Shown: positions 19,059-28,524, counted from the stretch's first letter. The stretch: DNA of 64,000 bases from Burkholderiales bacterium (GCA_023701005.1 JAMPXW010000002.1:113053-177052); one strand, 5' to 3'. Program-made: numbers and translations. Notes: generated from the letters alone by a model not told the origin.

Positions 19059-20579
19059 ATGGAAAAAATAAATGAAAACAAAAATACAGAACGACCACCC
19101 GTAGTCGTGATAATGGGACATATTGATCATGGTAAATCAACACTTCTTGATTATATAAGAAAATCAAACATAGTAGACAAAGAAGTAGGAGGTATAACTC
19201 AAAATATTTCTGCATATGAAGTAATACATTCTACTAAAGATGGAATAGAAAAAAAGATAACTTTTATAGATACACCTGGCCATGAATCATTTTCTAAAAT
19301 GCGTGAACGAGGTGCAGAGATAGCCGACATAGCCATATTGATAGTATCAGCCGAAGACGGAGTAAAGCCTCAAACCATAGAAGCTTGGAAAACTATCGTT
19401 GAAAATAATATTCCAGCGATTGTCGCGATAAACAAAATAGATAAGCCGAATGCCAACGTAGAAAAAACAAAAACAGAACTCGCTGAAAATGAAATATATC
19501 TTGAAAATTATGGAGGCAAAATTCCCTTCGTAGAAATATCAGCTAAGACAGGTACTCATGTCGATGATCTTTTGTCCTTGATAAACATACTAGCTGAAAT
19601 GGAAAATTTTACTGGGAACAAAGAACAAGATGCTTCTGGTTTTGTATTAGAGGCAAATTTAGATTCAAAAAGAGGCATCCAGGCTACTCTTATCATAAAA
19701 GATGGAACAATCAAAAAAGGCATGACTTTGGTTGTGGAAGACAGTATTTGCTCTACAAACATAATGGAGAATTTCTTAGGTGAAAAAATAAATGAAGCAA
19801 GCTTTTCTTCTCCTATCAGACTCATAGGTTTTTGTAAAATGCCAAAAATAGGAGCCCCTTTTAAATCTTTCCAAAATAAAAAAGATGTAGAAAAATATAT
19901 AAATTCTTTAAATCTCAAGGATGCTCTTTTAGAAAAGTCTTCTAAAGATCGTACATCAAGTGCTAATAGTAATAAGAAAATAATACCAATAATATTAAAG
20001 GCTGATATATCAGGATCAATAGAAGCTATTGAAAAAGAAATAAACAAAATAAAAAATGATGGCGCTGAATTTAGAATAGTGCAAAAAGGAGTAGGACCAA
20101 TATCTGAATCTGATATCAAAAATATCGGTGGTTGTGAAAATGTATTGGTTATCGCTTTCAATGTAAAAATAGACAAAAGTGCAATAGAATTAGCAAACAA
20201 AAGAGGCATTTTAATATCATCCTTTGACATAATATACAAAATGACAGAGTGGCTAGAAATTGAAATGGAAAACCGTAGGCCTAAAGTAGAGACAATAGAA
20301 ACCACAGGTAGAGCAAAAATATTAAAAGTTTTTAGTCGTACAAAAGAAAGACAAATAGCTGGTGGTAAGGTCATACAAGGAAGAATGATTTTAGATAAAG
20401 TAGTAAAAATAATGCGAAGAGAATTTGAAATAGGAAAAGGTAAAATAATAAATCTAGAAAAAGCAAAGACAAAAGTACGAGAGGTGGAAGAAGGAGCAGA
20501 ATTTGGAATGATGATAGAATCAAAAATAGAAATAGTCGAAGGAGACGTGATTGAATCTTTTAATATCACACAAAAATAA
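19059..20579 (+). CDS. infB: translation initiation factor IF-2 (short form lacking N-terminal region)
   Basis: '[25 protein letters not shown]...[10 protein letters not shown]' G-domain; 506 aa; followed by rbfA. Confidence 0.85.
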   Translation: MEKINENKNTERPPVVVIMGHIDHGKSTLLDYIRKSNIVDKEVGGITQNISAYEVIHSTKDGIEKKITFIDTPGHESFSKMRERGAEIADIAILIVSAEDGVKPQTIEAWKTIVENNIPAIVAINKIDKPNANVEKTKTELAENEIYLENYGGKIPFVEISAKTGTHVDDLLSLINILAEMENFTGNKEQDASGFVLEANLDSKRGIQATLIIKDGTIKKGMTLVVEDSICSTNIMENFLGEKINEASFSSPIRLIGFCKMPKIGAPFKSFQNKKDVEKYINSLNLKDALLEKSSKDRTSSANSNKKIIPIILKADISGSIEAIEKEINKIKNDGAEFRIVQKGVGPISESDIKNIGGCENVLVIAFNVKIDKSAIELANKRGILISSFDIIYKMTEWLEIEMENRRPKVETIETTGRAKILKVFSRTKERQIAGGKVIQGRMILDKVVKIMRREFEIGKGKIINLEKAKTKVREVEEGAEFGMMIESKIEIVEGDVIESFNITQK

Positions 20580-20899
20580 TGGAAAGAAAAGAAAAAGTAG
20601 CAAATTTAATAAAAGAATTAAGTGCACAATTTCTAGAAAGAGAAAACAATCATACTTCTCTTGTCACTGTGACATCTTGTGACGTTTCTCCAGATATCAA
20701 ACGTGCCACTATATATATAACGGTACTCCCCGATAGCAAAGAAAAAGCTGCTCTCGATTTCGCAAAAAGAAAAAGAGGAGAATTGCGTGATCATTTAAAG
20801 AAAAATATGGAAGTTAAGAATATTCCTTTTATTGATATTGAGTTAGATCTTGGAGAAAAGAATAGACAAAAAATTGACGAATTATTAAGAGCACAGTAA
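20579..20899 (+). CDS. rbfA: ribosome-binding factor A
   Basis: 106 aa; 'LVTVTSCDVSPDIKRATIYITVL' RbfA core; infB-rbfA synteny. Confidence 0.8.
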   Translation: MERKEKVANLIKELSAQFLERENNHTSLVTVTSCDVSPDIKRATIYITVLPDSKEKAALDFAKRKRGELRDHLKKNMEVKNIPFIDIELDLGEKNRQKIDELLRAQ

Positions 20900-20912
20900 T
20901 ATTTATAAATAA

Positions 20913-20984
20913 GGCCTGGTAGCCAAGTGGTAAGGCAGAGATCTGCAAAATCTCTATGCGGCGGTTCAATTCCGCCCCAGGCCT
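20913..20984 (+). tRNA. tRNA-Cys (GCA)
   Basis: manual fold: acceptor GGCCTGG/CCAGGCC, anticodon loop CUGCAAA, T-loop TTCAATT. Confidence 0.8.
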
Positions 20985-21053
20985 CCCTAAAACTTTTGTT
21001 TTAGAATTGTAATTTAAAAATAAATATATATAATAAATTGGTTAGTTTAAAAT

Positions 21054-21135
21054 GCCCGGATGGCGGAACTGGTATACGCGCACGACTTAAAATCGTGTCT
21101 CGCAAGGGATGTGGGTTCGATTCCCACTCCGGGCA
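21054..21135 (+). tRNA. tRNA-Leu (TAA), class II
   Basis: acceptor GCCCGGA/TCCGGGC, anticodon loop CUUAAAA, long variable arm, T-loop TTCGATT. Confidence 0.8.
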
Positions 21136-21169
21136 CATTGCAAAATTAATTTTGCAAATAAAATAACTT

Positions 21170-21189
21170 ATTTTCCGCCCTTAGCTGTT
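21170..21189 (+). repeat. 19-bp copy of the tRNA-Lys upstream/5' end (TTATTTTCCGCCCTTAGCT) not followed by a tRNA body
   Basis: identical to 21242-21260; downstream sequence does not fold as tRNA. Confidence 0.55.
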
Positions 21190-21248
21190 TTGGTAGGTAT
21201 ACAGCTAAATAAATGTTCTTTTGTTATAATGTTTCAATTATTTATTTT

Positions 21249-21321
21249 CCGCCCTTAGCTCAGCTGGTAGAGCAGATCCCTCTTAAGGATAAGGTCGAAG
21301 GTTCGATCCCTTCAGGGCGGA
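21249..21321 (+). tRNA. tRNA-Lys (CTT)
   Basis: acceptor CCGCCCT/AGGGCGG, D-arm GCTCAGCTGGTAGAGC, anticodon loop CUCUUAA, T-loop TTCGATC. Confidence 0.8.
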
Positions 21322-21367
21322 CACTTTAAAAATATTTTTAAAGTATTCGTTTTTAGTTTTTATATAT

Positions 21368-21451
21368 GCCGAGGTGGCGAAATTGGCAGACGCACTTGCC
21401 TTAGGAGCAAGCGAGAGTAATCTCATGGGAGTTCAAGTCTCCCCCTCGGCA
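21368..21451 (+). tRNA. tRNA-Leu (TAG), class II
   Basis: acceptor GCCGAGG/CCTCGGC, anticodon loop CUUAGGA, long variable arm, T-loop TTCAAGT. Confidence 0.8.
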
Positions 21452-21458
21452 CAAATTA

Positions 21459-21496
21459 GTTAAGGGCCGCCCTTCAATTGAAGGGCGGCCCTTAAC
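21459..21496 (+). terminator. 38-bp perfect GC-rich palindrome closing the tRNA cluster (likely terminator)
   Basis: GTTAAGGGCCGCCCTTCAA/TTGAAGGGCGGCCCTTAAC; followed by T-rich sequence. Confidence 0.55.
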
Positions 21497-21504
21497 TTAA
21501 TGAC

Positions 21505-21533
21505 TTGACTTTTGTATCTGAATATGCTATACT
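21505..21533 (+). promoter_or_regulatory. sigma-70-like promoter TTGACT-N17-TATACT; predicted TSS at or within a few nt of the ATG (leaderless mRNA)
   Basis: TTGACT 21505-21510, 17-nt spacer, TATACT 21528-21533; ATG at 21540. Confidence 0.55.
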
Positions 21534-21539
21534 ATTAGT

Positions 21540-22172
21540 ATGAGTAAAATAAATAACAATTTAATATCAACTTTTGGGATTTTAACCTTTATTTTTGGAC
21601 TATTTATAACTTCCCCTGTATATGCTTCTGTTGGAAGCACTATGTATACTGGTGTAACATATTTCCCTCAAAATGATGTTGTTTACCAAAACAATACAAA
21701 CAACCAAGGACAAGTATCAATAGTCGGTTGTGAAGGAAGAAATACTGGTTTTAGTACTGTCTCCGGGCAATCTTGTGTTGGTAATTATATAAATAATAAA
21801 AATAACACTTCCCCATCAAATACAAATACTAGAACTATTACCTCACGTACTTCAAATAATGAGAATGTTTCAAACACAACTACAAACAAAACAGTTGCAA
21901 AATTAACAGACGTAAGTAAAGATTTCTTTGGAACAAATACCAATACAGAAAGTACAAACAACACTACGAATGAAAATTCTGAAAATACTTTAACTAAAGA
22001 AAATACTTTCAGTGGTGTCACAGCAAATGCATTAGTTGGGTCAAATAGTTTTATGCCTACTGGTCTTTTGCAATGGATAATATTGTTGATAATAATAGTA
22101 GCAATAATGTTCTTGTGGAGATATGTACATGCTGAAGAAAAATACTTAGCAGAACCATTAAAACACGCTTAA
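21540..22172 (+). CDS. secreted low-complexity (Asn/Thr-rich) protein with C-terminal TM anchor
   Basis: signal peptide 'ILTFIFGLFITSPVYAS', N/T-rich middle, C-terminal 'LLQWIILLIIIVAIMFLW'. Confidence 0.5.
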   Translation: MSKINNNLISTFGILTFIFGLFITSPVYASVGSTMYTGVTYFPQNDVVYQNNTNNQGQVSIVGCEGRNTGFSTVSGQSCVGNYINNKNNTSPSNTNTRTITSRTSNNENVSNTTTNKTVAKLTDVSKDFFGTNTNTESTNNTTNENSENTLTKENTFSGVTANALVGSNSFMPTGLLQWIILLIIIVAIMFLWRYVHAEEKYLAEPLKHA

Positions 22173-22213
22173 ATCTAAAAGAAATATTAAACAAAAAGGT
22201 CAATCTTAACAGG

Positions 22214-22242
22214 TTGACTTTTTTGTTTATGTGTGATATACT
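22214..22242 (+). promoter_or_regulatory. second TTGACT-N17-TATACT promoter
   Basis: TTGACT 22214-22219, 17-nt spacer, TATACT 22237-22242. Confidence 0.55.
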
Positions 22243-22277
22243 TTATAGGTATAAAGTATCTTGAAAAACATGTTTTA

Positions 22278-22344
22278 TTAGTTTGTTTGTTCGAGAGGCT
22301 AACAACTTCCCTATCCCCTTCGGCCCTTCAAACAAACAAACTAA
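22278..22344 (+). promoter_or_regulatory. structured 5' leader: perfect 14-bp long-range stem (TTAGTTTGTTTGTT / AACAAACAAACTAA) enclosing 39 nt, ending 8 nt before an AAGGAG RBS
   Basis: inverted repeat 22278-22291 / 22331-22344; RBS 22353-22359; ATG 22367. Confidence 0.5.
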
Positions 22345-22366
22345 AAACATAATAAGGAGAAACAAA

Positions 22367-23443
22367 ATGGAAAATTACGTATTTATTATTCCAATATTAA
22401 TATTAATATTGGGAGCTTTTATTCTTCAAGGATTAATAAAGATTTCAGCAAGTCCGCCTTGTGTAGGATTAGGTACAAGATTTGGCAAAAGAAATCAAAA
22501 AATATACGAGGAAGGTTGGAATTTTTTTCCTTTATATCCATATTTAAAAGGATTTATTCTTATAAAAATGGAAAGAATAAATATTGAGGTATCCTGCGAC
22601 AAAGTAAGGACATTAGACAAAGCAGAATCAAAAATATCAATAGGCTTAACTATTCGTCCAGTCAAAGAACTATTAATACCATATATTGATAGCGGGCAAG
22701 AAAAAAAAGTAACAGAAATATTAATTAAAATTATTGAAGAAAAAATCCGTGAATGGTGTATGAACAAAGGAGAAGGACCTAATAATTGGGAAGAATTAAA
22801 TATGTCCAAACTCGAAGGAGTAAGTGTATTGATAAAAAAAATTGCTGGAAATAAATCAGAATATCTTACACAAATAACTGGAATCGCTCAAAAAGTACCT
22901 ACCTGGATATGGTTACGCTATTTTTCTAACCCACAACCCAGAGAAGAAAATTTACTGGAAAATGAAAAATATTGGGCAGAAAATGAGTGGAATAATGTAA
23001 ACACCGTTCTTAATGAAATTAGAATGAAAGAAGGAGAAGAAGGTATTAATCTATTAATTACACAAGTAGCTAAAAGAAGAGAAGATTTAGAAAAAATTCG
23101 TAGTGGACAAGGAAAGTTGATAATAAAAGATTTGGGCATTATCATTGAAAGGTTAAACATTGGTGAAATAAATGTTCTTGGTGAAGTTGGTAAAAAAGCT
23201 GAAAATGAAGCAAAAGAAAAACAAGAAAAAGCAGCAGAAATTTTAGAACTAGAACACATTTCAAAAAGAATCTTGGCCTTAATGAAAGATCCTCCTGACG
23301 GACCTGGGCTCACAAGAGAACAAGCTCTTGAACAAATTCAACTTTCCCAAGGAAAAACAACCAAAACAATTGATGCAAAGTCAATTAATTTAGACCCTAC
23401 CACATCTGCCCTAATAGGTAAGATTCTAAACAAAATTATTTAG
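22367..23443 (+). CDS. membrane protein, possibly SPFH/band-7-like, with C-terminal coiled coil
   Basis: start chosen at Met29 of track ORF (strong RBS); N-terminal TM, long Lys/Glu coiled-coil tail; weak SPFH resemblance. Confidence 0.4.
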   Translation: MENYVFIIPILILILGAFILQGLIKISASPPCVGLGTRFGKRNQKIYEEGWNFFPLYPYLKGFILIKMERINIEVSCDKVRTLDKAESKISIGLTIRPVKELLIPYIDSGQEKKVTEILIKIIEEKIREWCMNKGEGPNNWEELNMSKLEGVSVLIKKIAGNKSEYLTQITGIAQKVPTWIWLRYFSNPQPREENLLENEKYWAENEWNNVNTVLNEIRMKEGEEGINLLITQVAKRREDLEKIRSGQGKLIIKDLGIIIERLNIGEINVLGEVGKKAENEAKEKQEKAAEILELEHISKRILALMKDPPDGPGLTREQALEQIQLSQGKTTKTIDAKSINLDPTTSALIGKILNKII

Positions 23444-23451
23444 GAGAAAAA

Positions 23452-23919
23452 ATGTCACATTCAGATTCAGAACCACAAAAAGAAGAAAAAAATCAAAAGA
23501 AAGAATACGAAAGCGTTCCTCCTTGGGCTTGGAACACTCTTGTTGCCATTTGTTTGATATTTTTCATTGTACTTTGGATCAGTAGTTGTGATGGTAAGGA
23601 AAAAAATATCAATAGTGATAATTCTTCCAATACAACCATAGAATACCCAAGAAGTGGATATTCATCTGCTACTATTGATAAACCAATAGAAGCATACATA
23701 GATCCATCAAAATCCTACACTAAAGTTATCGGTGGAGGTTATGCTAAATTCGTATATGCAAATAACCAAAATAAATTTTGGATTTGCAACGAATCTCCAG
23801 AATCAAATTCTGAACACATGAAAGAATATTGGAGAATGCCAAAAGGAAATTATCTCATTTATCTTTATCCCAGAGAAGGATACACGAAAAATGAAATTGA
23901 TTTTTCATGGCATCAGTAA
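23452..23919 (+). CDS. hypothetical membrane-anchored protein
   Basis: 155 aa, AGGAG 6 nt upstream, one TM 'LVAICLIFFIVLWISS'. Confidence 0.4.
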   Translation: MSHSDSEPQKEEKNQKKEYESVPPWAWNTLVAICLIFFIVLWISSCDGKEKNINSDNSSNTTIEYPRSGYSSATIDKPIEAYIDPSKSYTKVIGGGYAKFVYANNQNKFWICNESPESNSEHMKEYWRMPKGNYLIYLYPREGYTKNEIDFSWHQ

Positions 23920-23940
23920 TTAAATTATAACAAACAACGC

Positions 23941-23978
23941 AAAGAGCGTTTCCTTTTTAGGAAGCGCTCTTTTTTTAT
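23941..23978. terminator. bidirectional rho-independent terminator
   Basis: 13-bp stem AAAGAGCGTTTCC/GGAAGCGCTCTTT followed by TTTTTTATTT. Confidence 0.65.
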
Positions 23979-23998
23979 TTCATATTTTATCTTACAAA

Positions 23999-24322
23999 TT
24001 AGTTATTAGGCAATTGTATTTCTACTCTTCCTTCTTCGGGATCAATTCCTTCGATATTAAAAGTATTCATTATCATATCTAATATCGTAAATACTCCCAT
24101 CATTATAACAATACCGAGTATCCCCCATATTATATGATCTCTACCTTTTATCTTAGCCTCCTCATTGTCTTGATTAGAAATAAACTGAAATACTCCATAC
24201 AAGAAATAAGCAAAAGCTGCGGCAAATAGTAATGCAATAATCGGATTTATGATCATTCTGTTAACATTCAAGACAAAAGAATCCACACTTGCATAAGCTA
24301 TATTTGTAAAAAGAAAATCCAT
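23999..24322 (-). CDS. VirB2/TrbC-like two-TM pilin-like protein, paralog 1
   Basis: TM1-'SNQDNEEAKIKGRDH'-TM2 hairpin shared with the four neighbours. Confidence 0.5.
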   Translation of the reverse strand: MDFLFTNIAYASVDSFVLNVNRMIINPIIALLFAAAFAYFLYGVFQFISNQDNEEAKIKGRDHIIWGILGIVIMMGVFTILDMIMNTFNIEGIDPEEGRVEIQLPNN

Positions 24323-24333
24323 ATTTTTATCTA

Positions 24334-24711
24334 CTAGAAATTAGGAGCTAAAACAGGGATATCAGTACTTGCACCTGTTAGACCGAAGGTATTCTTTACG
24401 ATACCTACAAGCCCCCACATAGCAACGATAACAACCAAACCGATGATACCATAGATCATTCTGTCTCGTCCTTTTGTCTTTGCTTCTTCATCATCAGAAA
24501 TGACGAAAGTAACAACTCCATAAACAAAGAATACTACTCCTAATACGATAAGTATTGGGATAATAATATCTAAGATATTTCCAACCTTACAAATGATACT
24601 TTGAATAGTACCTGGTTGAACACTATTACAACCTGATGACATTTGAGCAGATGCTACAAATGGAGCAAAACTTAAAGCAACACTAGACAAACCAATTAAT
24701 TTTTTCTTCAT
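24334..24711 (-). CDS. VirB2/TrbC-like pilin-like protein with Sec signal peptide, paralog 2
   Basis: signal 'SFAPFVASAQ', Cys pair, TM1-'SDDEEAKTKGRDRM'-TM2. Confidence 0.5.
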   Translation of the reverse strand: MKKKLIGLSSVALSFAPFVASAQMSSGCNSVQPGTIQSIICKVGNILDIIIPILIVLGVVFFVYGVVTFVISDDEEAKTKGRDRMIYGIIGLVVIVAMWGLVGIVKNTFGLTGASTDIPVLAPNF

Positions 24712-24806
24712 ATGATTTAAACTTAATAATAATTAAAAAACGACCTTATAATATACTAATAATGTACCCTTATTATATCACAAAAAGAACAATAAATATG
24801 CAAATC

Positions 24807-25106
24807 CTACTGTTTCAACTGTGGAATAAATTTACTATCAATATTGAAAGTATTGCCTACCACTCTAACGAGTGACCACATTGTAACCATCACAGTCAAT
24901 GCAATAATACCCCAAATCATAAAATCTCTACCTTTTTCCTTCTTTGCTTCTTCATCACTATTTATGACGTATTGAACTACTCCCCATATAAACGAAGCTA
25001 TGGCCAAAGCAAAGATTAAAGGGATTATTGAACCAAATATAATGCATCTAAAATAAACTAATAAATCTTGAAATTTTGGATCCGCAATCAAATTACAGGC
25101 TAACAT
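24807..25106 (-). CDS. VirB2/TrbC-like pilin-like protein, paralog 3
   Basis: TM1-'NSDEEAKKEKGRDFM'-TM2. Confidence 0.5.
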   Translation of the reverse strand: MLACNLIADPKFQDLLVYFRCIIFGSIIPLIFALAIASFIWGVVQYVINSDEEAKKEKGRDFMIWGIIALTVMVTMWSLVRVVGNTFNIDSKFIPQLKQ

Positions 25107-25125
25107 ATTTGTTTAAATAAATTAT

Positions 25126-25530
25126 TTATAATGCCTTTACTGTATCTGTTATAAGCTGAGCAAGACCCCACGACCCTAAGAGTATCGCAGCACCGATGAG
25201 TGTATATATAAGCGAACGCTTGGCTTCATCTAATTTTTCAGAATTACCTTGAGCAGCCACAAAAAGAAAACCAGAATAAATAATGGCTAAGACAATGATG
25301 GGCATACCTAATTTAACTATCCCTACTAAAACTTTTTCAATCAATTGTGTAAGGGTCTTTGATTCTATTGGATTAACAAGTTTTAAAGATTCAGAAGATG
25401 GTGGCTGAGTGCCAATATCTGAAGTTGGAGGTTTTGTTCCTGTATCTGTTTGCCCAAAAGAAATTAATGGCAAAAATAACATAAACATTATCAATACTAT
25501 ATTCAATAAATTTTTCTTTAAATAATTCAT
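25126..25530 (-). CDS. VirB2/TrbC-like pilin-like protein with signal peptide, paralog 4
   Basis: signal 'FLPLISFGQ'; 'LIEKVLVGIVKLGMPIIVLAIIYSGFLFV...KRSLIYTLIGAAILLGSWGLAQLI' matches VirB2 two-helix topology. Confidence 0.5.
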   Translation of the reverse strand: MNYLKKNLLNIVLIMFMLFLPLISFGQTDTGTKPPTSDIGTQPPSSESLKLVNPIESKTLTQLIEKVLVGIVKLGMPIIVLAIIYSGFLFVAAQGNSEKLDEAKRSLIYTLIGAAILLGSWGLAQLITDTVKAL

Positions 25531-25625
25531 CCCATTAAAAATTTTAATTATTTATAATTCTTCTTTTAGCTTTCCCGTAGTTAAATTTCTAACGGGACAA
25601 GTATCTATATTATACCTCTATAATA

Positions 25626-27218
25626 TTAAAATCCAAACATATTTATACCTGCATTTGTATCAAACCCAACTATGTTTAATACCGTCTTTACTATCAAAAA
25701 TGCCCCCAGGGAAACAACTAATCCAATCAACACGTTTATAAATATATTTTTGGCTTTTGACTTTTTCTCTGTATCTCCACCTGATGTAACTAATTCAAAT
25801 CCTGCGTAGGCAAACAAAATTGCTGAAACAGGTAAAATAAATCCAAGGAAAAGATAATCCATAACTTTCTTTATCAAAGCAAAAATATCATTAAAACCAC
25901 AAGGGTTACTGATCATGCCACTCACATCTTCATAGCTTCCATTAATTTTACTATTTTTTAAATCACCTTCTTTGTTTCTAAAAGTATTTTCTGCATACCT
26001 CTCTGTTCCACAAGGTACTAATCCACCACTTACTTTATTACTATTATCTACATAAGCTGGGGCTTCTGTGGGCTTTACTTGTGTAGTGAATGCATGTGTA
26101 GCTGTGACATCAAAAAGTTCGGATGCATTTATCAATCTATATTGATATGGCGTACCAGAATTAAGATTGGTTAATTTAAAACTAGTTTTACCAAAACTAT
26201 CAATAACTAAAAAATCACTTTGAGTGGTTAATTCTCCTTCACCATATTCCAATTTTAATTTCAAACTTTGTCTATTTTCATTATATATATATGCATTAAA
26301 AACAGCTGAATTTTCTGTAATATCATCCATGGAAACACTCGCTAATATCGTCGAGCCTGTCGTACTTTTAGTAACAAAAAAACTTTGATTTGATGGTTTT
26401 AATCTTGAAGTTGTATCAAACAATCTAAAATAATATTTCTTTTCTGGTTTTAAATCTTTTAAAGTAGCAACCAAATCCCCCTTCGCATCAATCTTTAAAA
26501 TATCAGAAGAGAAATCAAAATTCTTTTCTCCATATTCTAATTTCAATTTCAAATCTTGGGGTTTTGTATTAGAAATCCTTGTCTTTATTTCTGCACTATT
26601 GTCTGTGACATTTATTAAAAAGTAACTATTTATAATCTGTGTAGGGTTATATTTTGAGTAAGAAGGCCCGACTCCATCTATGGGTCTACCATTAGCACCA
26701 ATGCTAATACCATAGGTATAAGGATAAGTATAACCAATAGGAATGTATCCTGTGCGAATGGTCATAACATCTCCATAAAACTTTTCTTCCGGTCTTTCGT
26801 TAAAATATCCAACTGCTCTAAAATAATAAGTAGAAAATAGATTCAACTCTGGACTTATATGGAAAACACCACTTACTTCTGGATTTAATTCTCTTTCTAT
26901 CTCTATTGTTTTCTGTATATCTTTCTCTGATTTAAGAAATAATTTTAATAAATCAGAAGAACTTAAATTTATATTGGTACTAGTATTTGTATCAGCTTTT
27001 TCAAATTCAAAATAAGTAGTAATATCTTCTTCATTTACATTACCACTATAATATCCACTAAACACAAAAGACTGTGCACTCAAAATAGAATAACCCGTAG
27101 TATATATTTTTAAATTATCTGTATTCTGAGCTGAAACTTTTGTATTAGAAATAAAAAATAATAAACCTCCTAAGACTAGGACTAAACTTAAAATTAATTT
27201 AATATTTATTTTCTTCAT
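25626..27218 (-). CDS. secreted protein with three FN3-like repeats fused to a C-terminal VirB2-like two-TM pilin module
   Basis: signal peptide; repeats '...LKLKLEYGE...YYFRLF'; C-term 'NPCGFNDIFALIKKV...FILPVSAILFAYAGFELVTSGGDTEKKSKAK...LIGLVVSLGAFLIV'. Confidence 0.5.
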   Translation of the reverse strand: MKKINIKLILSLVLVLGGLLFFISNTKVSAQNTDNLKIYTTGYSILSAQSFVFSGYYSGNVNEEDITTYFEFEKADTNTSTNINLSSSDLLKLFLKSEKDIQKTIEIERELNPEVSGVFHISPELNLFSTYYFRAVGYFNERPEEKFYGDVMTIRTGYIPIGYTYPYTYGISIGANGRPIDGVGPSYSKYNPTQIINSYFLINVTDNSAEIKTRISNTKPQDLKLKLEYGEKNFDFSSDILKIDAKGDLVATLKDLKPEKKYYFRLFDTTSRLKPSNQSFFVTKSTTGSTILASVSMDDITENSAVFNAYIYNENRQSLKLKLEYGEGELTTQSDFLVIDSFGKTSFKLTNLNSGTPYQYRLINASELFDVTATHAFTTQVKPTEAPAYVDNSNKVSGGLVPCGTERYAENTFRNKEGDLKNSKINGSYEDVSGMISNPCGFNDIFALIKKVMDYLFLGFILPVSAILFAYAGFELVTSGGDTEKKSKAKNIFINVLIGLVVSLGAFLIVKTVLNIVGFDTNAGINMFGF

Positions 27219-27224
27219 GAAAAT

Positions 27225-28520
27225 TTATTTTACTAATAAAAGCCCCAACTTTGCGCTAGCGTCATTGATAGCTTCTTCAACACTCATACTATTTGATAAT
27301 ACTTTTTCTATCATACCTTTAAATATGGCATCAGTATCTTCTACTTTTGGGTCAGGCCAACTTTTCGCAAAAAAAGCAGAAGAATAGAAAACTGGGAAAT
27401 ACGCATCCGTCGGTATTATCTTCAGTAAGTCACGCCTTACAGGCACGACACCTGTAGCCGAAGCTAACTTGGAAGCAAAATCTCCACTAGACATCAAATT
27501 TGAAGCTGCGAATGCAGTATTTAAATTTTTTGTCATTGAAGATATAGCAACCCCCAACACATGTCCATTTGTTAATTTAAAATTACTATTTTTAATTTGT
27601 GGTAAAGGAGCTACTAAGAAATTCTGATTTGGATTTTTATTTACCAAAGATTGCACTTCACTAGCGTATCCAAAATAAAATGCTAAATCTTCCTTACTAA
27701 ATGCATCACGAGAATTAGAAAAAGATTTATTCCAAGAATATGATTCTTTTAATGGATCAGCAAAATCTGTATAATATTTCAAAACTGCTGACAAATTATT
27801 TTTTGTATTATCTTCTTTTAATAAAGAAACATATATACCATTCTTTTCACCAACGATAGAGTTGCCTGCTTGCATAAATAATGCACTCAATAAATCCTTG
27901 GAATGAAGAACATTTGAAAATTGCCCCATAGCTACAGCGCTCTTTGTTATCAACCCTTTTTCATCTTTTTTAGTCAAAATAGGTGCCAAGGTTCTAAATT
28001 CATCCCAATATAAAGGAGGATAAGCAATACTGTGTGCATCTAACGTACTTCTGTTGTAATACATAACGAGTGGATCTACTGTAAGAGGAAAAGCTAACAT
28101 TCCTTTCGAATTTATAAACGCTTCTCCTGCTCCTACGAAGGTATTTTTAAATGTATTTAATGGAAAACTTTCGTAAGGTATCGTATATATTTTATTAGTG
28201 TATTTAAATACTAAATCGTCTGTTATAAAAAACATATCTGGACCTTTGCCTTCTGCCAATGCTTCTAGTAAATCATTGTCAAAAGTATCTGCTGATTTTT
28301 GTACATATTTAACAGAGAAAGAAGTATTTACTCTATTGAAATCTTCTATTAAAGAAGCCATAACTTGAGATTTGATAGTACCCCACAAAACTACAGTGCC
28401 ACTCGCAGTATTCGTGCCACTATTGTTGCCTAAAGGTATCGCACCAGAAAAAACAAAAACCCCCAACACAGCAGCGGCTATAAATACTACTAACATTATA
28501 ATTTGGAAATTACCTTTCAT
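27225..28520 (-). CDS. membrane-anchored extracellular solute-binding-protein-like (family 1) protein, no cognate permease nearby
   Basis: N-terminal anchor, 'GTVVLWGT...FNRVNTSFSVKYV...LLEALAEGKGPDMFF' SBP_bac_1-like. Confidence 0.45.
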   Translation of the reverse strand: MKGNFQIIMLVVFIAAAVLGVFVFSGAIPLGNNSGTNTASGTVVLWGTIKSQVMASLIEDFNRVNTSFSVKYVQKSADTFDNDLLEALAEGKGPDMFFITDDLVFKYTNKIYTIPYESFPLNTFKNTFVGAGEAFINSKGMLAFPLTVDPLVMYYNRSTLDAHSIAYPPLYWDEFRTLAPILTKKDEKGLITKSAVAMGQFSNVLHSKDLLSALFMQAGNSIVGEKNGIYVSLLKEDNTKNNLSAVLKYYTDFADPLKESYSWNKSFSNSRDAFSKEDLAFYFGYASEVQSLVNKNPNQNFLVAPLPQIKNSNFKLTNGHVLGVAISSMTKNLNTAFAASNLMSSGDFASKLASATGVVPVRRDLLKIIPTDAYFPVFYSSAFFAKSWPDPKVEDTDAIFKGMIEKVLSNSMSVEEAINDASAKLGLLLVK

Positions 28521-28524
28521 TATA

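Noticed and set aside
22283-22366. N-terminal 28-codon extension of the SPFH-like gene in the ORF track
   Set aside because: The extension reads straight through a perfect 14-bp inverted repeat and has no RBS. The downstream Met at 22367 has a strong AAGGAG at ideal spacing.
20900-28520. Possible integrated prophage/ICE next to the tRNA cluster
   Set aside because: No integrase, recombinase, terminase, capsid or relaxase genes were found, and the pilin-like genes lack the ATPases of a conjugative system. The region is treated as an accessory surface locus, not a defined mobile element.
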